Shown here one piece after another: positions 37,568 to 48,400 of a DNA stretch of 64,000 bases (positions within the stretch are counted from its first letter, which is position 1; every line of letters begins with the position of its first letter). A program made the translations under genes and the position numbers. Under the pieces are notes generated by a model. It had not been told where the DNA came from and did not search any database. It saw only the letters and a list, made by a program, of their open reading frames with translations. The DNA is from a virus (lineage: Duplodnaviria; Caudoviricetes). The stretch lies in IMG/VR virus record IMGVR_UViG_3300031992_000021, positions 98,951-162,950 of that record. One strand, written 5' to 3'.

Positions 37568-38654
37568 GTTGATTCCTCCTTGTCTTGACTCACTTCGAGA
37601 ATGGACACTTCCCGGACGCCATGATCTGCGCCTTGGCAATGTCCAGAATTGCCTTCGGTATCTTCGCGTGATACAGGTTCTTCCAGTCGCAATGCTTCTC
37701 TTCCCCGTCTGGGAACACTACGGCTGCTCCACCGCCTCCGTGTATCGTAGCGTTAATGCTAATTGACTTCACGACACCGGTCTTCACGACTCCGCTGTCA
37801 CTCCTGAACTCCACGACGTCGCCATCCCAGAAGTCCAGTATTCCAAGATTCGACTCCTGCGAACACAGGAACTTGTCAAAACCGTTCTGTACGAGGTTGT
37901 CGTAGTAGCATCTCTTCCAGCCGACAAGGGTTTTCGCCCTGTCGAACCACAGCTTCGCCCTCTCCAACACATCGCCAAGCGGCGTCTTGCCGTCTTCGCG
38001 CCTCTCGTCGTTCACGATGGCGTCCTTCACCATCTGAGCCACGAGCGCATCGCTAGTCAGTCTCTTTGCCATGATTTCTCCTTTCCTGTCACTTCCACCC
38101 TTCATACCCAACCTTCCTCAGGTGGGCGTAGTATTCCTCGAGCAGCTCCTTCGGCGCGAACTCTACCGCAAACGGTTTCTTCGGAGGGAATATACCAGCC
38201 GACTCCCACTCGTGGACGTCGTCTTCGTCATTTACAGACTCTACCTCTTCCGAGTTGATCAGCGCGTCCTCTACATACTCGCGGAACGACGCGAACTCGT
38301 GATCCCCGTCTGCAATTCGGTTCTCTTCCCACTGCGAGACCGTAGGATTGTCTTCATCGTCGAGAAGTTCCGACACGAACGACTTGTCGAACAGGTCGTC
38401 GGAATCCTTGTAGTCGTCGAACCATTCATCGAGACCCTTTTCCGTCTTGTCCGCTGCGACACACTGCTGCCACAGCTCCTTCGCAGACTCGGGATCCTCT
38501 GTGATGTATTCGTATACATCCTTCTTCATCGGCCTTATGACAACGCACGATGTCGCGTACCCCAGAGGATTCCCCCTCCATGTTCCGTCGTAGCTCAACT
38601 CAAGCCCGTACACCTGTCCGTGCTCGTCGGCACCAAGAGTAACGTATCTGTCCA

Positions 38655-39635
38655 TCACTTCCCCCTCAGGTCATCGATTTCCTTGATGTTCTTGTACGCG
38701 TCGTACTCTTCCTTCGGAATTGCCTCCTGGGCCTCTACCTGCGCCAGACCCCAGCTTCGGTATACGGCCGCGTCCTTGATGTCGGGAGTCCACATCGATA
38801 TCCCGTTTTCGCTCGGGAACTTCATGAACTTCACTCCGTCGTCGAACTTCCTCAGGATCACGAACTCCGGGATGTTGTACTCGTCTCCGACAAGGTTTGA
38901 GCAGTCGTTGTCTGCGAAAACCTCCCATCCTTCTTCCTTCGGGAAGTCGATGCCTCCCACATCATCGACATAGTAGCCGCCGCACGAATCACCTCCGTCC
39001 TCCCAGTCGTGGCCCTTTTCGGTCTCTCCGTTCTCGTATGTCTTGGTGTACGGACGCTTGATCTGGGTGTCGTACCAATAGCATTCGCCGTCCAGAAACT
39101 TCTGGAACAGCTCAAGCTCTCCCTCGGCGATTTTCTCAAGGTATTTGAGAAACTCCTGATGGTCCTTCGCCGGACGCCTCGTCTTCGTCTCCTCGTCGTA
39201 GACCTCCATCCACGGACCGTTCATCTTCTCGAACCGTTCCTTGTCGGTCCACATGAACGCCGCGTTCGGCGTCGTATCGAAGCCTCTTCCTCCGCCGCCA
39301 GGAATCGGAGTGTCACCGAACGCGCACCTGACAGTCCCCAGACTCAGCGCTATCCCGCTGTGGATGTACGCAGAGACCCAGAACGCGACAACACCGTCAC
39401 GGCACTTGTATTCTCCGGTGGGGAATCCGTCCTCGTCCTCGATCTCCACGAGCGGATCGGGATAGTTCTTGTCGTCTTCGTTTCCTGTGATGGCGTCTAT
39501 GCGAGAATGCAGATAGAACGTCTGGTCGTAATCCTTCAGAGGATTGGGCGGAAACCTGTCCCTGTGGATGACGACCCTCTTGTTGCACTCCTCGAACAGA
39601 TCGTCGCCTACCGAATGAACCTTTCCTTTCTTCAT
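38655..39635 (-). CDS. Conserved phage/ICE hypothetical protein (YxHSG...DSCxGxY family)
   Basis: AYIHSGIALS...FLDGECY...DSCGGYY. Confidence 0.55.
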   Translation of the reverse strand: MKKGKVHSVGDDLFEECNKRVVIHRDRFPPNPLKDYDQTFYLHSRIDAITGNEDDKNYPDPLVEIEDEDGFPTGEYKCRDGVVAFWVSAYIHSGIALSLGTVRCAFGDTPIPGGGGRGFDTTPNAAFMWTDKERFEKMNGPWMEVYDEETKTRRPAKDHQEFLKYLEKIAEGELELFQKFLDGECYWYDTQIKRPYTKTYENGETEKGHDWEDGGDSCGGYYVDDVGGIDFPKEEGWEVFADNDCSNLVGDEYNIPEFVILRKFDDGVKFMKFPSENGISMWTPDIKDAAVYRSWGLAQVEAQEAIPKEEYDAYKNIKEIDDLRGK

Positions 39636-40165
39636 GATGCCTCCTTGTCTTTCTGTTCCATAACCTCTGCGTCGAAGTCCACCGTGTCGCACGCAAGCCC
39701 GAACGCAGGATACGGGTTGAACGAGTTCTCAGTCCCGTCTATCGGGGTTATCAGCCTCAGCCCCTGTCCGAGAAGCTTCTTCTCGTATTCCGTGACAAGC
39801 TTGAGGTCCTCTTCGTCGAGACCGCTCGTCTCCGCATTGACGAAGTAGTCGACGGCCCACTGCGGAATCCCCTCGACCACCGTGGTCTCAATCCCCTTCT
39901 TCTCCTGCTTCGGTTCCTCTTCGTCACCGAAGTCGCCAGGCACGTATTCCACGCCTTCCTGCCGCATCACGTCGTCGGAAACAAGCTTGTCCGCGTCGGA
40001 CATCTCTCCCCACGACGGGCCGCGCTCCTTGTCATCCTCGTTGCCGTACGCCTCCGGATGCCACTGCTTCATCGTCTTGACAAACATGTCCTTGTCCGCA
40101 AGCCGCACGAGGTAGTTCTGCTTCGCCTGGAGCTTCTGCTCCTCAGTCAATTCGTCGAATGACAT
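39632..40165 (-). CDS. Hypothetical protein with C-terminal DUF6926-like domain
   Basis: IPQWAVDYFVNAETSGLDEED...YPAFGLAC. Confidence 0.5.
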   Translation of the reverse strand: MSFDELTEEQKLQAKQNYLVRLADKDMFVKTMKQWHPEAYGNEDDKERGPSWGEMSDADKLVSDDVMRQEGVEYVPGDFGDEEEPKQEKKGIETTVVEGIPQWAVDYFVNAETSGLDEEDLKLVTEYEKKLLGQGLRLITPIDGTENSFNPYPAFGLACDTVDFDAEVMEQKDKEAS

Positions 40166-41879
40166 GGTTCTCCTTTCACAGTTCAACGACCTTCCACCTG
40201 AGCCTAAGCCAAGACTCCCTGTCGTTCTCCGCGTCGTATATCGGAACGTCGAGCGATATCTCGTCTGGAAGAACCGTCCTCTTGCATGGATCCTTGCCGT
40301 CCCTGCTCCACGACGCGTCATACGATTCGGCGGTGCCAATGTAGTCGCGCTTCATCGCCTTCCTTGCCGCGCCTCTGGTGTCGAACACATCTGTGTGCGT
40401 GGCTCCGAGAAGGAACAGACCCCAGTCGTCCTCGCAGTCGATCATGCGGCAAAGAACCGCGAACTTCGACTTGTACTTCTTGATCTTCATGTCAGCACCA
40501 CATCAGGTTAGGGTCTTTTCTCACGATGCGGCAGATCTCGCGGCACAGGCAGAACTTCTCATCCTGGTCCATGTGTAGCCTTTCCCACTTGGGATTTCTT
40601 TCATAGTCCCATCTGGCCTTGTTGAGCTCCTTCTGCAGGAGCCCCACATACCTGTCACGTGCCTTGTCGTAAGAGATGAACCTGCGGACCAGCTCGCGCA
40701 GGAGCTGGCCCTCCGTCATCTTCTCGCAGTCCTTGATTTTTCCAGCCATCACTTCTCCTTTATGTCCTCGTAGTACCTCATGCCGTTCTCGATCGCGGCT
40801 TTCTCGATAAACTGATAGAAGTCCGCCTCGATGGCGTCCATTTCAATCGTCTCCGTGGCATCGAACTCGGACACCCTCTGCTTTCTCGCGCCAAGGTATT
40901 TCGTAACCTGAGAATCCTCCCACCCAATTCCGATGAGATATTCGTAAGCTTCCTTGGCAATCTTTTGCATCACGTCGTCGCCAAGCTCCTTGGCGAACAT
41001 GGGGCACGGCATAGACTCGAAGTCGTACCTTGTTATGGTGACGCCCTTGTGCGAGAACTCCTTGAAGAGAATCTCGTCGTCTTTCTTAGACATCAGCCAA
41101 ACTCCTCTTCCATTTCGCCGGTGGACATGAAGAACATCGACTCCATCATCCGCTCGACCGCAAGCCTCATGGCATCGATAACGAACGTCGGAACAACCAT
41201 GGATACGCCGGCGATGTTGAGTCCAACCTCGGCAACGTCGCCGATGAACTCCATTCCGGTCACATCTCCTCTCGCAAGCTTCTGCACGAATAGCGTCAAT
41301 CCCGCGCCGGACGCGCTCGTCCCGTGACCTACCTGCCGGCAAGACAGCCCGTTCGTAACCCTCGTCTGGTGAACGAACGCAGCCGCGTCCATCGGCGTAA
41401 GGAGCAATGTCCGCTGCCTGATGTTCTTCATTTCAGGCTCAACCTGTATCTCGTCGACCTCCACGTCGACTCCGCCCTGCACGGACGACATCGATATCTG
41501 GTAAATGAACTCCTTGCCCGTCTTCGTCTCCCTGTTCTTGAACTTCAGCATACCCTGTCTCCTTCCTTTTTGGCCTTCACGATGGAAAGCTTCCTGTATA
41601 CGTTTTCCACACGATCTGCGTACCAAGCCTCCATTCCGTCCTCGGAGTAGTGGATCTTTGACCACTTTACCGATTCTGGAGGATACGTGTACCCCGGCAT
41701 GTCGGCCAGGTTTCGCACTCCGTCAGGCGTAGTGATGGTTGAGAGAGGAGCCCACTCGTTCCTGATGACATTCTCGGAAAACTTTTTGGCTTCGTCAAGA
41801 GCAGTGAACTCCGTGACAGCCGTCCAGATTCCGCCGTCCGACTCCTGATCCTCGGCCTGGATTACAAGCCACTTGCCTT

Positions 41880-42224
41880 CTACTTCCTCCGCCATGCTTC
41901 CTCCAAATCCTTTCGCGTCATCCTTTTCATGATCTTGAACCTATACCCAAACAGGTTCTCCAGCTCCTTCTTGAGAGGTCTGTACTCCTTCTCCGAGCAC
42001 GGACGGCAGTTCTTCAGGTAGAAGTCGTATGACGCCTCTCCGTGCTGACCGACATGGGCGTAGCTCATGACGTTCCCTGGGTTGGCCGAGGCTCCGGGGA
42101 AGAAGGCCAAGACCTCCTTCCCCAGGCTCCCGTCGTCGTATCTGGCCATCTTGAAGATGACCTTGGTAACTTCCTTGTCCTTTTTCACGACGTCTCCGTT
42201 ATTCAAGGCCGCACTGGAATCCAC
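41880..42224 (-). CDS. Conserved phage hypothetical protein
   Basis: VIFK...VLAFFP...SYAHVGQHGEA...EYRPLKKELE. Confidence 0.6.
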   Translation of the reverse strand: MDSSAALNNGDVVKKDKEVTKVIFKMARYDDGSLGKEVLAFFPGASANPGNVMSYAHVGQHGEASYDFYLKNCRPCSEKEYRPLKKELENLFGYRFKIMKRMTRKDLEEAWRRK

Positions 42225-42925
42225 GACAGCTCAACCTCGAACGACTGCGTGCTTCCGTCGTAGAGCCATCTGCCATGATGGTTATTCTGGGCATCGTTCA
42301 TGATTTCCTCGACCGTCTCGCCGAGCCCTTCTTCATCAGGCCCGAAGTGTCCTTCCGGATGCGAATCCTTCACGAACTCCCTAAGAAGATCCGGAAGGTC
42401 GAACAAGGCCCCTTCCTTTGTCATGTATACCCTATCGCTCCCGCCGATCAGCTCGGTGCCCTCCGTTCCGGCCGCGTCGCCGGTGAGCAGCCTGCGCCAC
42501 GACAGAACCCATACTTTCGGTATCTTCTTCCCTCCGGGATCGTCAGTGTTCAGCGCATCCTCGCAGCATCTCTTGATCTGCCACGCCAGCGCGGTAGCCT
42601 GGTCGGGAGTCAGGGTGAGCATAATGTTCCCCTTGTCGTCCTGCAACGTGAACATGTCCCCGCAGTCCTCCGTGATGCGTCCCGCCTTGTCGAGCGACAC
42701 CTCCACGGTTATACGGGTCTTCCCGTCGACCTCTACAGCGGTCAGCGTGTTGTACTGCTCGGTGCCCATTACACGCCACAGCTTCACCGCCTGGTCGGGA
42801 GAGAACATCATGCGGCGAAAACCTTCGCTCGTCTCGAGGTTGATGAGCACAATGCCGTTACTGGCCGTGCATCCAACCTCGACATTCATGTCCTCCGGCT
42901 TCTCCATTGGAATCCTCGTCTTCAC
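42203..42925 (-). CDS. Hypothetical protein, tandem paralog of 42922-43635
   Basis: PDQAVKLWRVMG; WLYDGSTQSFEVEL. Confidence 0.6.
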   Translation of the reverse strand: MKTRIPMEKPEDMNVEVGCTASNGIVLINLETSEGFRRMMFSPDQAVKLWRVMGTEQYNTLTAVEVDGKTRITVEVSLDKAGRITEDCGDMFTLQDDKGNIMLTLTPDQATALAWQIKRCCEDALNTDDPGGKKIPKVWVLSWRRLLTGDAAGTEGTELIGGSDRVYMTKEGALFDLPDLLREFVKDSHPEGHFGPDEEGLGETVEEIMNDAQNNHHGRWLYDGSTQSFEVELSWIPVRP

Positions 42926-43635
42926 CTCTTCACCTCCTCTTTCATGAGCTGGACAACGAACGAACGCTCCGTTCCGTCGTACATCCAAACACCCTGTTCC
43001 TCGCTTCCCATCTCGATGAGTTCATCGAGGATGTCGTCAACTGTGCGCCCGTGGTCGGCAAGCTCCTCCCAGTGAATCTCGTCGTGGGACTTGTTGACCT
43101 CCTCCCTGAGGAACTCCCTGAGCCCGTCCAGAGCGTCATCCCTGCTCGAAAACGCCTTGGCGTTTCCACCTAGGCTCCGGCAGTATTCTGTGTCGCCGCT
43201 GCAAGGCCCAGGCCTCGACGAACTGATGAGAATCCATACATCGGACGTCTTCTCCTCAGACTTACGATCCTTGTCCTGAACCGGATGAACCGGACCGTTG
43301 TAGAGAGCGATGCCTCCAGCCTTCACGATCGCCCATGCGACAAGCATGCATTCGTCTGCGTCAAGTACGCACAGCACCTCTTTGTCCGAGAACGTCCACG
43401 TCCCGTCGTGATCGTCGTACCGGATGTCGAGGTGCGGCGAGGGGATGTGCATCGCGTCCTCGACCTCGCCCATCATGCGCCGCCACACCTGTACGGCTTC
43501 CTTCGGCTGGAGCGCCTTGTGCCAGCAATCCCCGTTGTCCATGCGGCCGTGGAACACGATCTTTCCGTTGGTGTCGCTCGTCACGGTCATCTCCGTGTAG
43601 AAGCGTATCTTAACATTCTTAGATTTCACTCTCAT
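42922..43635 (-). CDS. Hypothetical protein, tandem paralog of 42203-42925
   Basis: PKEAVQVWRRMMG; WMYDGTERSFVVQL. Confidence 0.6.
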   Translation of the reverse strand: MRVKSKNVKIRFYTEMTVTSDTNGKIVFHGRMDNGDCWHKALQPKEAVQVWRRMMGEVEDAMHIPSPHLDIRYDDHDGTWTFSDKEVLCVLDADECMLVAWAIVKAGGIALYNGPVHPVQDKDRKSEEKTSDVWILISSSRPGPCSGDTEYCRSLGGNAKAFSSRDDALDGLREFLREEVNKSHDEIHWEELADHGRTVDDILDELIEMGSEEQGVWMYDGTERSFVVQLMKEEVKR

Positions 43636-43647
43636 TTTCAGTTCCTT

Positions 43648-44838
43648 TCATTCTACTCCGGGAAGCGTCATCTGCCCCGGACAGTAAGTGTCCAGCCGGT
43701 CGTCGAACCAGCTTTCGTCCATGTTGGAAGAGAAGTGCTCCACGATGGCTTCATGGAGAAGATCCCTGATGTTGTTGATCTTCTTCCTTCCTCCGGGAGT
43801 CTTTACGATCTCATCGTACAGTTCATGTCCGTCAAGACCATATCCCCTCTTCAGGTCCTCCTCCATCTTCTCGTACTCAAGACCAAGCTTCGTGCGGAAC
43901 CTCTGGTTCGCGTCCTTGTCCCAGTAGTACAGATGGTCGCACTCGAATCCGCTCGCGCACCCCCAGCACACGTCAAGCCACTCGTGGATCACGCAAGCCA
44001 GGAAGTCGTAGTTGTCCCAGTCCGAAGCCCCTTCGTCCTTCTTCTTCGGATTCGGATTGTCGAGCTCGAAGCAGTTCCTGCACTCCGCGTTCTGGTGGCA
44101 CTCGTCACACAGCACGCGCTTCATGATCACGCCGATTCCTCCGTCTCCCGTGTACGCATCCTTGTCCATCGAGCAGCTGAACGTCTCGTAGTCGCACGGC
44201 TGGAACTGCTCTCCGCAGTCGCTGCACGTGCACCACACATCGTACCCAATGCTCTCCATCCTGTCGAGCGCGTGCGTCATGAGCCCGACGTTCCCGCTGT
44301 ACCTCTCGCAGAACGCCTTGCACGTCTCCTTGATGTGAGACTCGTCCATAAGCCCGATTTCATCGAACTCGTCGCGTGACATACCACCACCGACAACCTG
44401 CATGAACATCGAATCGAGACGGTGCGTGCGTTCAAGCTTGTAGCCGTCGCGCAGCCTCACGAACTCATTGTACCTCTTCTCGTCCTTCTCGACTAGCTTC
44501 TTGACCCTCTGGTCGGTGAACGGATCTCCCTCGACCTCGTACCACTTCTTCCCGAACACCTTCTCAACGGCTTTGTGAAGGGCCTCCTCGAACTGCATCT
44601 TCGCCGAACGGACGTCATACCCGAAGTCGGCCTTGAGGTTTCTGATCTTCCGATCGTACCAGTCGTCTTGGTCTATGCCGCTGCATCCGCTGCTGTATAT
44701 CGGAATCCAGTGTCCTTCCTTGTCCACCAGCCCGACGTTCGGTTCAAAGATGCAGCCGTCGTAGCCGCCGCCCTCCCAGTCGAACAGCCTGTTCCGATAC
44801 TTCTCAGGTATCGGATCTCCGTACTTGTACTCTTCCAT
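43648..44838 (-). CDS. Hypothetical protein with multiple CxxC motifs
   Basis: 396 aa; GGGYDGCIFEPN; CSDC, CDEC, CRNC, CWGC. Confidence 0.65.
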   Translation of the reverse strand: MEEYKYGDPIPEKYRNRLFDWEGGGYDGCIFEPNVGLVDKEGHWIPIYSSGCSGIDQDDWYDRKIRNLKADFGYDVRSAKMQFEEALHKAVEKVFGKKWYEVEGDPFTDQRVKKLVEKDEKRYNEFVRLRDGYKLERTHRLDSMFMQVVGGGMSRDEFDEIGLMDESHIKETCKAFCERYSGNVGLMTHALDRMESIGYDVWCTCSDCGEQFQPCDYETFSCSMDKDAYTGDGGIGVIMKRVLCDECHQNAECRNCFELDNPNPKKKDEGASDWDNYDFLACVIHEWLDVCWGCASGFECDHLYYWDKDANQRFRTKLGLEYEKMEEDLKRGYGLDGHELYDEIVKTPGGRKKINNIRDLLHEAIVEHFSSNMDESWFDDRLDTYCPGQMTLPGVE

Positions 44839-44842
44839 GCAT

Positions 44843-44998
44843 TCATTCCTTTTTGCAGTCCAATATTGTATAGCAGACAGTACCGTAGTCTAACGGCATC
44901 TGTTTCTCGGCTTTTTCTATGGCCTCTTCTTCAGACGAGGCTTCTACGTCCACCACGCTATACGAACATCCATCGTCGACCTCTACCTTGTATTTCAT
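44843..44998 (-). CDS. Small protein (VEASSEEEA family), missed by ORF track
   Basis: MKYKVEVDDGCSYSVVDVEASSEEEAIEKAEKQ..., 51 aa, fills the gap exactly. Confidence 0.6.
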   Translation of the reverse strand: MKYKVEVDDGCSYSVVDVEASSEEEAIEKAEKQMPLDYGTVCYTILDCKKE

Positions 44999-45001
44999 TT
45001 G

Positions 45002-45412
45002 TCAACCTAATCTGAACAGCAACCACTCGCCCCATATGAGAAGAACCTGAACAGCGTGGAACACTTGGTCACGAACGAGGTTTATCCTCATATCGTTGGC
45101 CTTCAGGTCGTCAATGATGTAGTGCGCAGAAGCATGCACAAAGACGCTCACGCCATAAACCGTCCCCACGCACATGGCGAGTGGGAGGCATGTAACAAGC
45201 GCCCACTGGAAAGAGTGGATCCACAGGGCGACCTTGTAGTCGTTCTTGTACATGTTCCACTCCTCTTCCTTTTCGACGGGAATCTGCTCTCTCCACCACC
45301 TCCACTGCTTTAACTTGTCAAGCCTCGCTCCGATCTGAAGATTGAAGTCGGCGAAGAAGTGCAGCAGAAACATGATTCCCAGCACCGAGCTCGGATGAAT
45401 AGATATCTCCAT
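45002..45412 (-). CDS. DUF3307 family membrane protein
   Basis: HFFADFNLQ...HS...HYIIDDLK...DQVFH. Confidence 0.75.
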   Translation of the reverse strand: MEISIHPSSVLGIMFLLHFFADFNLQIGARLDKLKQWRWWREQIPVEKEEEWNMYKNDYKVALWIHSFQWALVTCLPLAMCVGTVYGVSVFVHASAHYIIDDLKANDMRINLVRDQVFHAVQVLLIWGEWLLFRLG

Positions 45413-48400
45413 GGCATCCTCACTCCGAGAAGTCCGGATCGATGTCGATCGTGCGGCCGTACCCGCCACCAGTCTGCGCCGGCGAATACTCGTCAGGAAT
45501 GCCGTCCTCGACGATCTGCCTGGCCTCTTCCTCGTTCTCGGCCCACACCTCGAACGTGTCGGAGAAGCGCTCCATCACCGTAGCGATGAACTTGCGCTTC
45601 TTGCCTTTTCTCGTGACCTTTTCGGTTTCCTTGGACTTCTTGACCTTCTTGACTTTCATATACCCTCCACCTTGATGATCATCGTGCCCTTCCTGGCCTC
45701 GCCGTTCACGACCATGGCCGGAAGGCTTTTCTTGCCCACGTACGGATTTCTCTCAGAGACCCCGTACTGCCCGATCGCCGCGTAGAACCTGTACATCGCC
45801 ATCTTTGCGTCCTGTGGTGTCTTGGCAAGCACTGGCTGAACGTAGTGCGCAAGCGGCGAGCTCTGCGGAAACACGAACCAGTACTTCTTCATTTCAGCTC
45901 GTTCTCCTGGATCTCGAACACGAACTGCTCGCATCCGATTTCGCTCTCCATGTCTGTGCTCATGTCGTACACGCCGCCTTCTACAACCTCTCTGACGAAC
46001 AGCCGGACGGCAGGCCCTATATCCTCAGGCATCTTCCAGTCATCCATCTTGAAGGCAAACGCCTTCCTGATCCTTCCGGGAGTCGCATTACACCATCCCC
46101 GCAGAAACTTGATCAGATTCTTCTGGTCGTGGTTCACGTCGTGCATGAACGCATACCTGATGTCAGGACGCAGCACAAAACGCTCCATGATGTAGTCGAC
46201 GCATGCCGTTACGGCGTCCTCTCGCTTCCTGTAAGTGCCGACGACCTGAGTATCCACGGGTTCGTCGGTCGTAACGTCGGTGGAAACCACCGAATAGACC
46301 TTCTTGCTTTTAGCCATCACAATCCTCCAGTTGACTTGTCAGATGGTCGATGACCTCATCGAAACCACCGAAACTCAAACACCCAACATTGACGCCAGTG
46401 AATTTCACGCGTCTCAGATTCTCTATCTTCCTGTTATCAGACGAACGGCACATCTCCATCAGATCATGCTCTGTCGGACACCCGAAGTTTGGACAAGTAC
46501 CCATCACGTAAGTGTCCGAGTTCGGCTCTATCTCAAACTTTTCCGTCCACTCGTAGTCCAAAACCCCGTCCCTGATAACGCCTACCGCCACCTTCGGCCT
46601 CATACCCCTGCGCGTAAGCGAGTCATACTCCTTCAGATAGCGGTAGTACGTCTCCACAGAAAGCAGACCATGACAGAAGAGCGAGTCTATCGACCTACCC
46701 TCTTGTCTGGCCCACTTGAGCTTCGTGCATGCCCCCATTACTCTTCCGGCTCTTCCGGATATGGAATCTCAAGCCTAACAACTGGGTCTTCCGCCTCGAA
46801 GAACTTGTCCCGAAGCTCGTAGGCCTTCTGACCCTTCAGGAGGGGCGGATCCTCCGCCGTCCCTCCCGCGCAGTACGCCTTGTCGATCACGTCGTCGAGC
46901 CTGTCGTCATCGTACACGCTCCTGGCGTCCAGCATGCCTTGGGCCTTGATCTTCGCCTCTTTGGAATCCTTGGCCTCGATCTCGATATGCGCCGTGAAGC
47001 TCAGGTCGGCAATGAACTTAGCCATTGGGCTTCCCCGCCTGGTCGTCAGTTGGCTCCTTTGTCTCTTTCGGCCCCTGCGGCTCCCCGTTCGGGAACGCCT
47101 TGAGCCTCTGAAGCTCGTGGTCGAGGGCCTTCTTCAGCTCCTCCTGCGGCATGGGGAAGAGCCCCAGGCGCAAGGCGAAGAAGTTCAATCCAGGATCGTC
47201 CCGATGCGCCGCATACTGCGCCATCTCGGCAAAGATCCGCAGCATCGCCATCACGGGCTTCTTGAGAGCCTCCTGCTCGGAGCAGCTCCGCACGATCTCC
47301 TGCAAAAGAACGGGCGCCGCAACGCACCCTTCGAGATCCTCTTCTTTTCCGATTATCGGTATTGACATATCAATCTTCCTCCACTTCTTCGTTTTCGTCT
47401 TCTTCGTTGTCTTCTTCGCCATCCTCGTCGCCTTCGTAGTCGCCTTCGTCAGATTCAACGGGAATGGTATCATATCCGTATACGGTCCTTCCGTCACGGC
47501 ACTCGTCTTCGCAGAAATCGACCTTGAGCAGGTCGGGCAGAAGTCGGGCGACCTTTCTCGCCACCTTCTTCACCATGACCGCCAGGTCGGAATTATCGTC
47601 TTTCTCTCCGAAATCAACGAGACAGTCCTGCGCAATGACGTCGGCAAACCCCCTGCAAAGCCCTTTCATGGACTTGTACGCCCCTAGGATCTCTGGGTCG
47701 CACTCCTTGTAGGTGCTCTGCAAGAGATACACGCGGTTATCTTTCTTACTCATTTGTACTCGTCTCCTTCTTTCAGGATGTGGCGGATGATATGGTACCG
47801 GTAGCCAAAGAGGCTTACCTCAGCCTCTCCGCTCCTCTCCTCATTCGTCGGTTCGCGGACCTCGTAGCACGAGCACCATGGCCTCGTGCCGTAGAAGTCC
47901 CTCATGATCTCCCTTGCCTTCTGCTCGCTCGTGGCATACACCCCCTGCAGCATGTCATGCAGGGGGTGCGCCAGTCCAAACGTAAAGACATAGAACTTCA
48001 TCTCTTACGCCTCGCTTACCTTCATTTCGACCTTCAGGACCTTGACGTTTATGTCTCCGCCTACGAGCGTGGACAAATTCCCATTAAGGTTCAACTCGGC
48101 CCGCTCCTTAGTGGCAAATGCCTCAGCCTTCGCCAAATCTCCCGTCCACCTCCATCCAGACGGCTTGTTGAATGTCACATACCTCGGAGGGAAACAGAAG
48201 AAAGTACCTATAATGTAGGCACGTCCCCCGTTTTTCATCAACTCGCGTACGATCATTTCACTCCTTTACGTTATCGGCGCCGCCGCTGTAGAGTACGCAG
48301 CTTACGCTCGTCCCGTCGTTGAGGTCCACCTGAACCTTGCCGTCCTCCTTGAGCGACTTCCTCGTCTCTCGCAGGAACTTGTCAGACCACTTCATGTGGT

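Noticed and set aside
44860-44895. Apparent TAGACT/TACAAT promoter
   Set aside because: Lies inside the small 44843-44998 CDS and has suboptimal spacing
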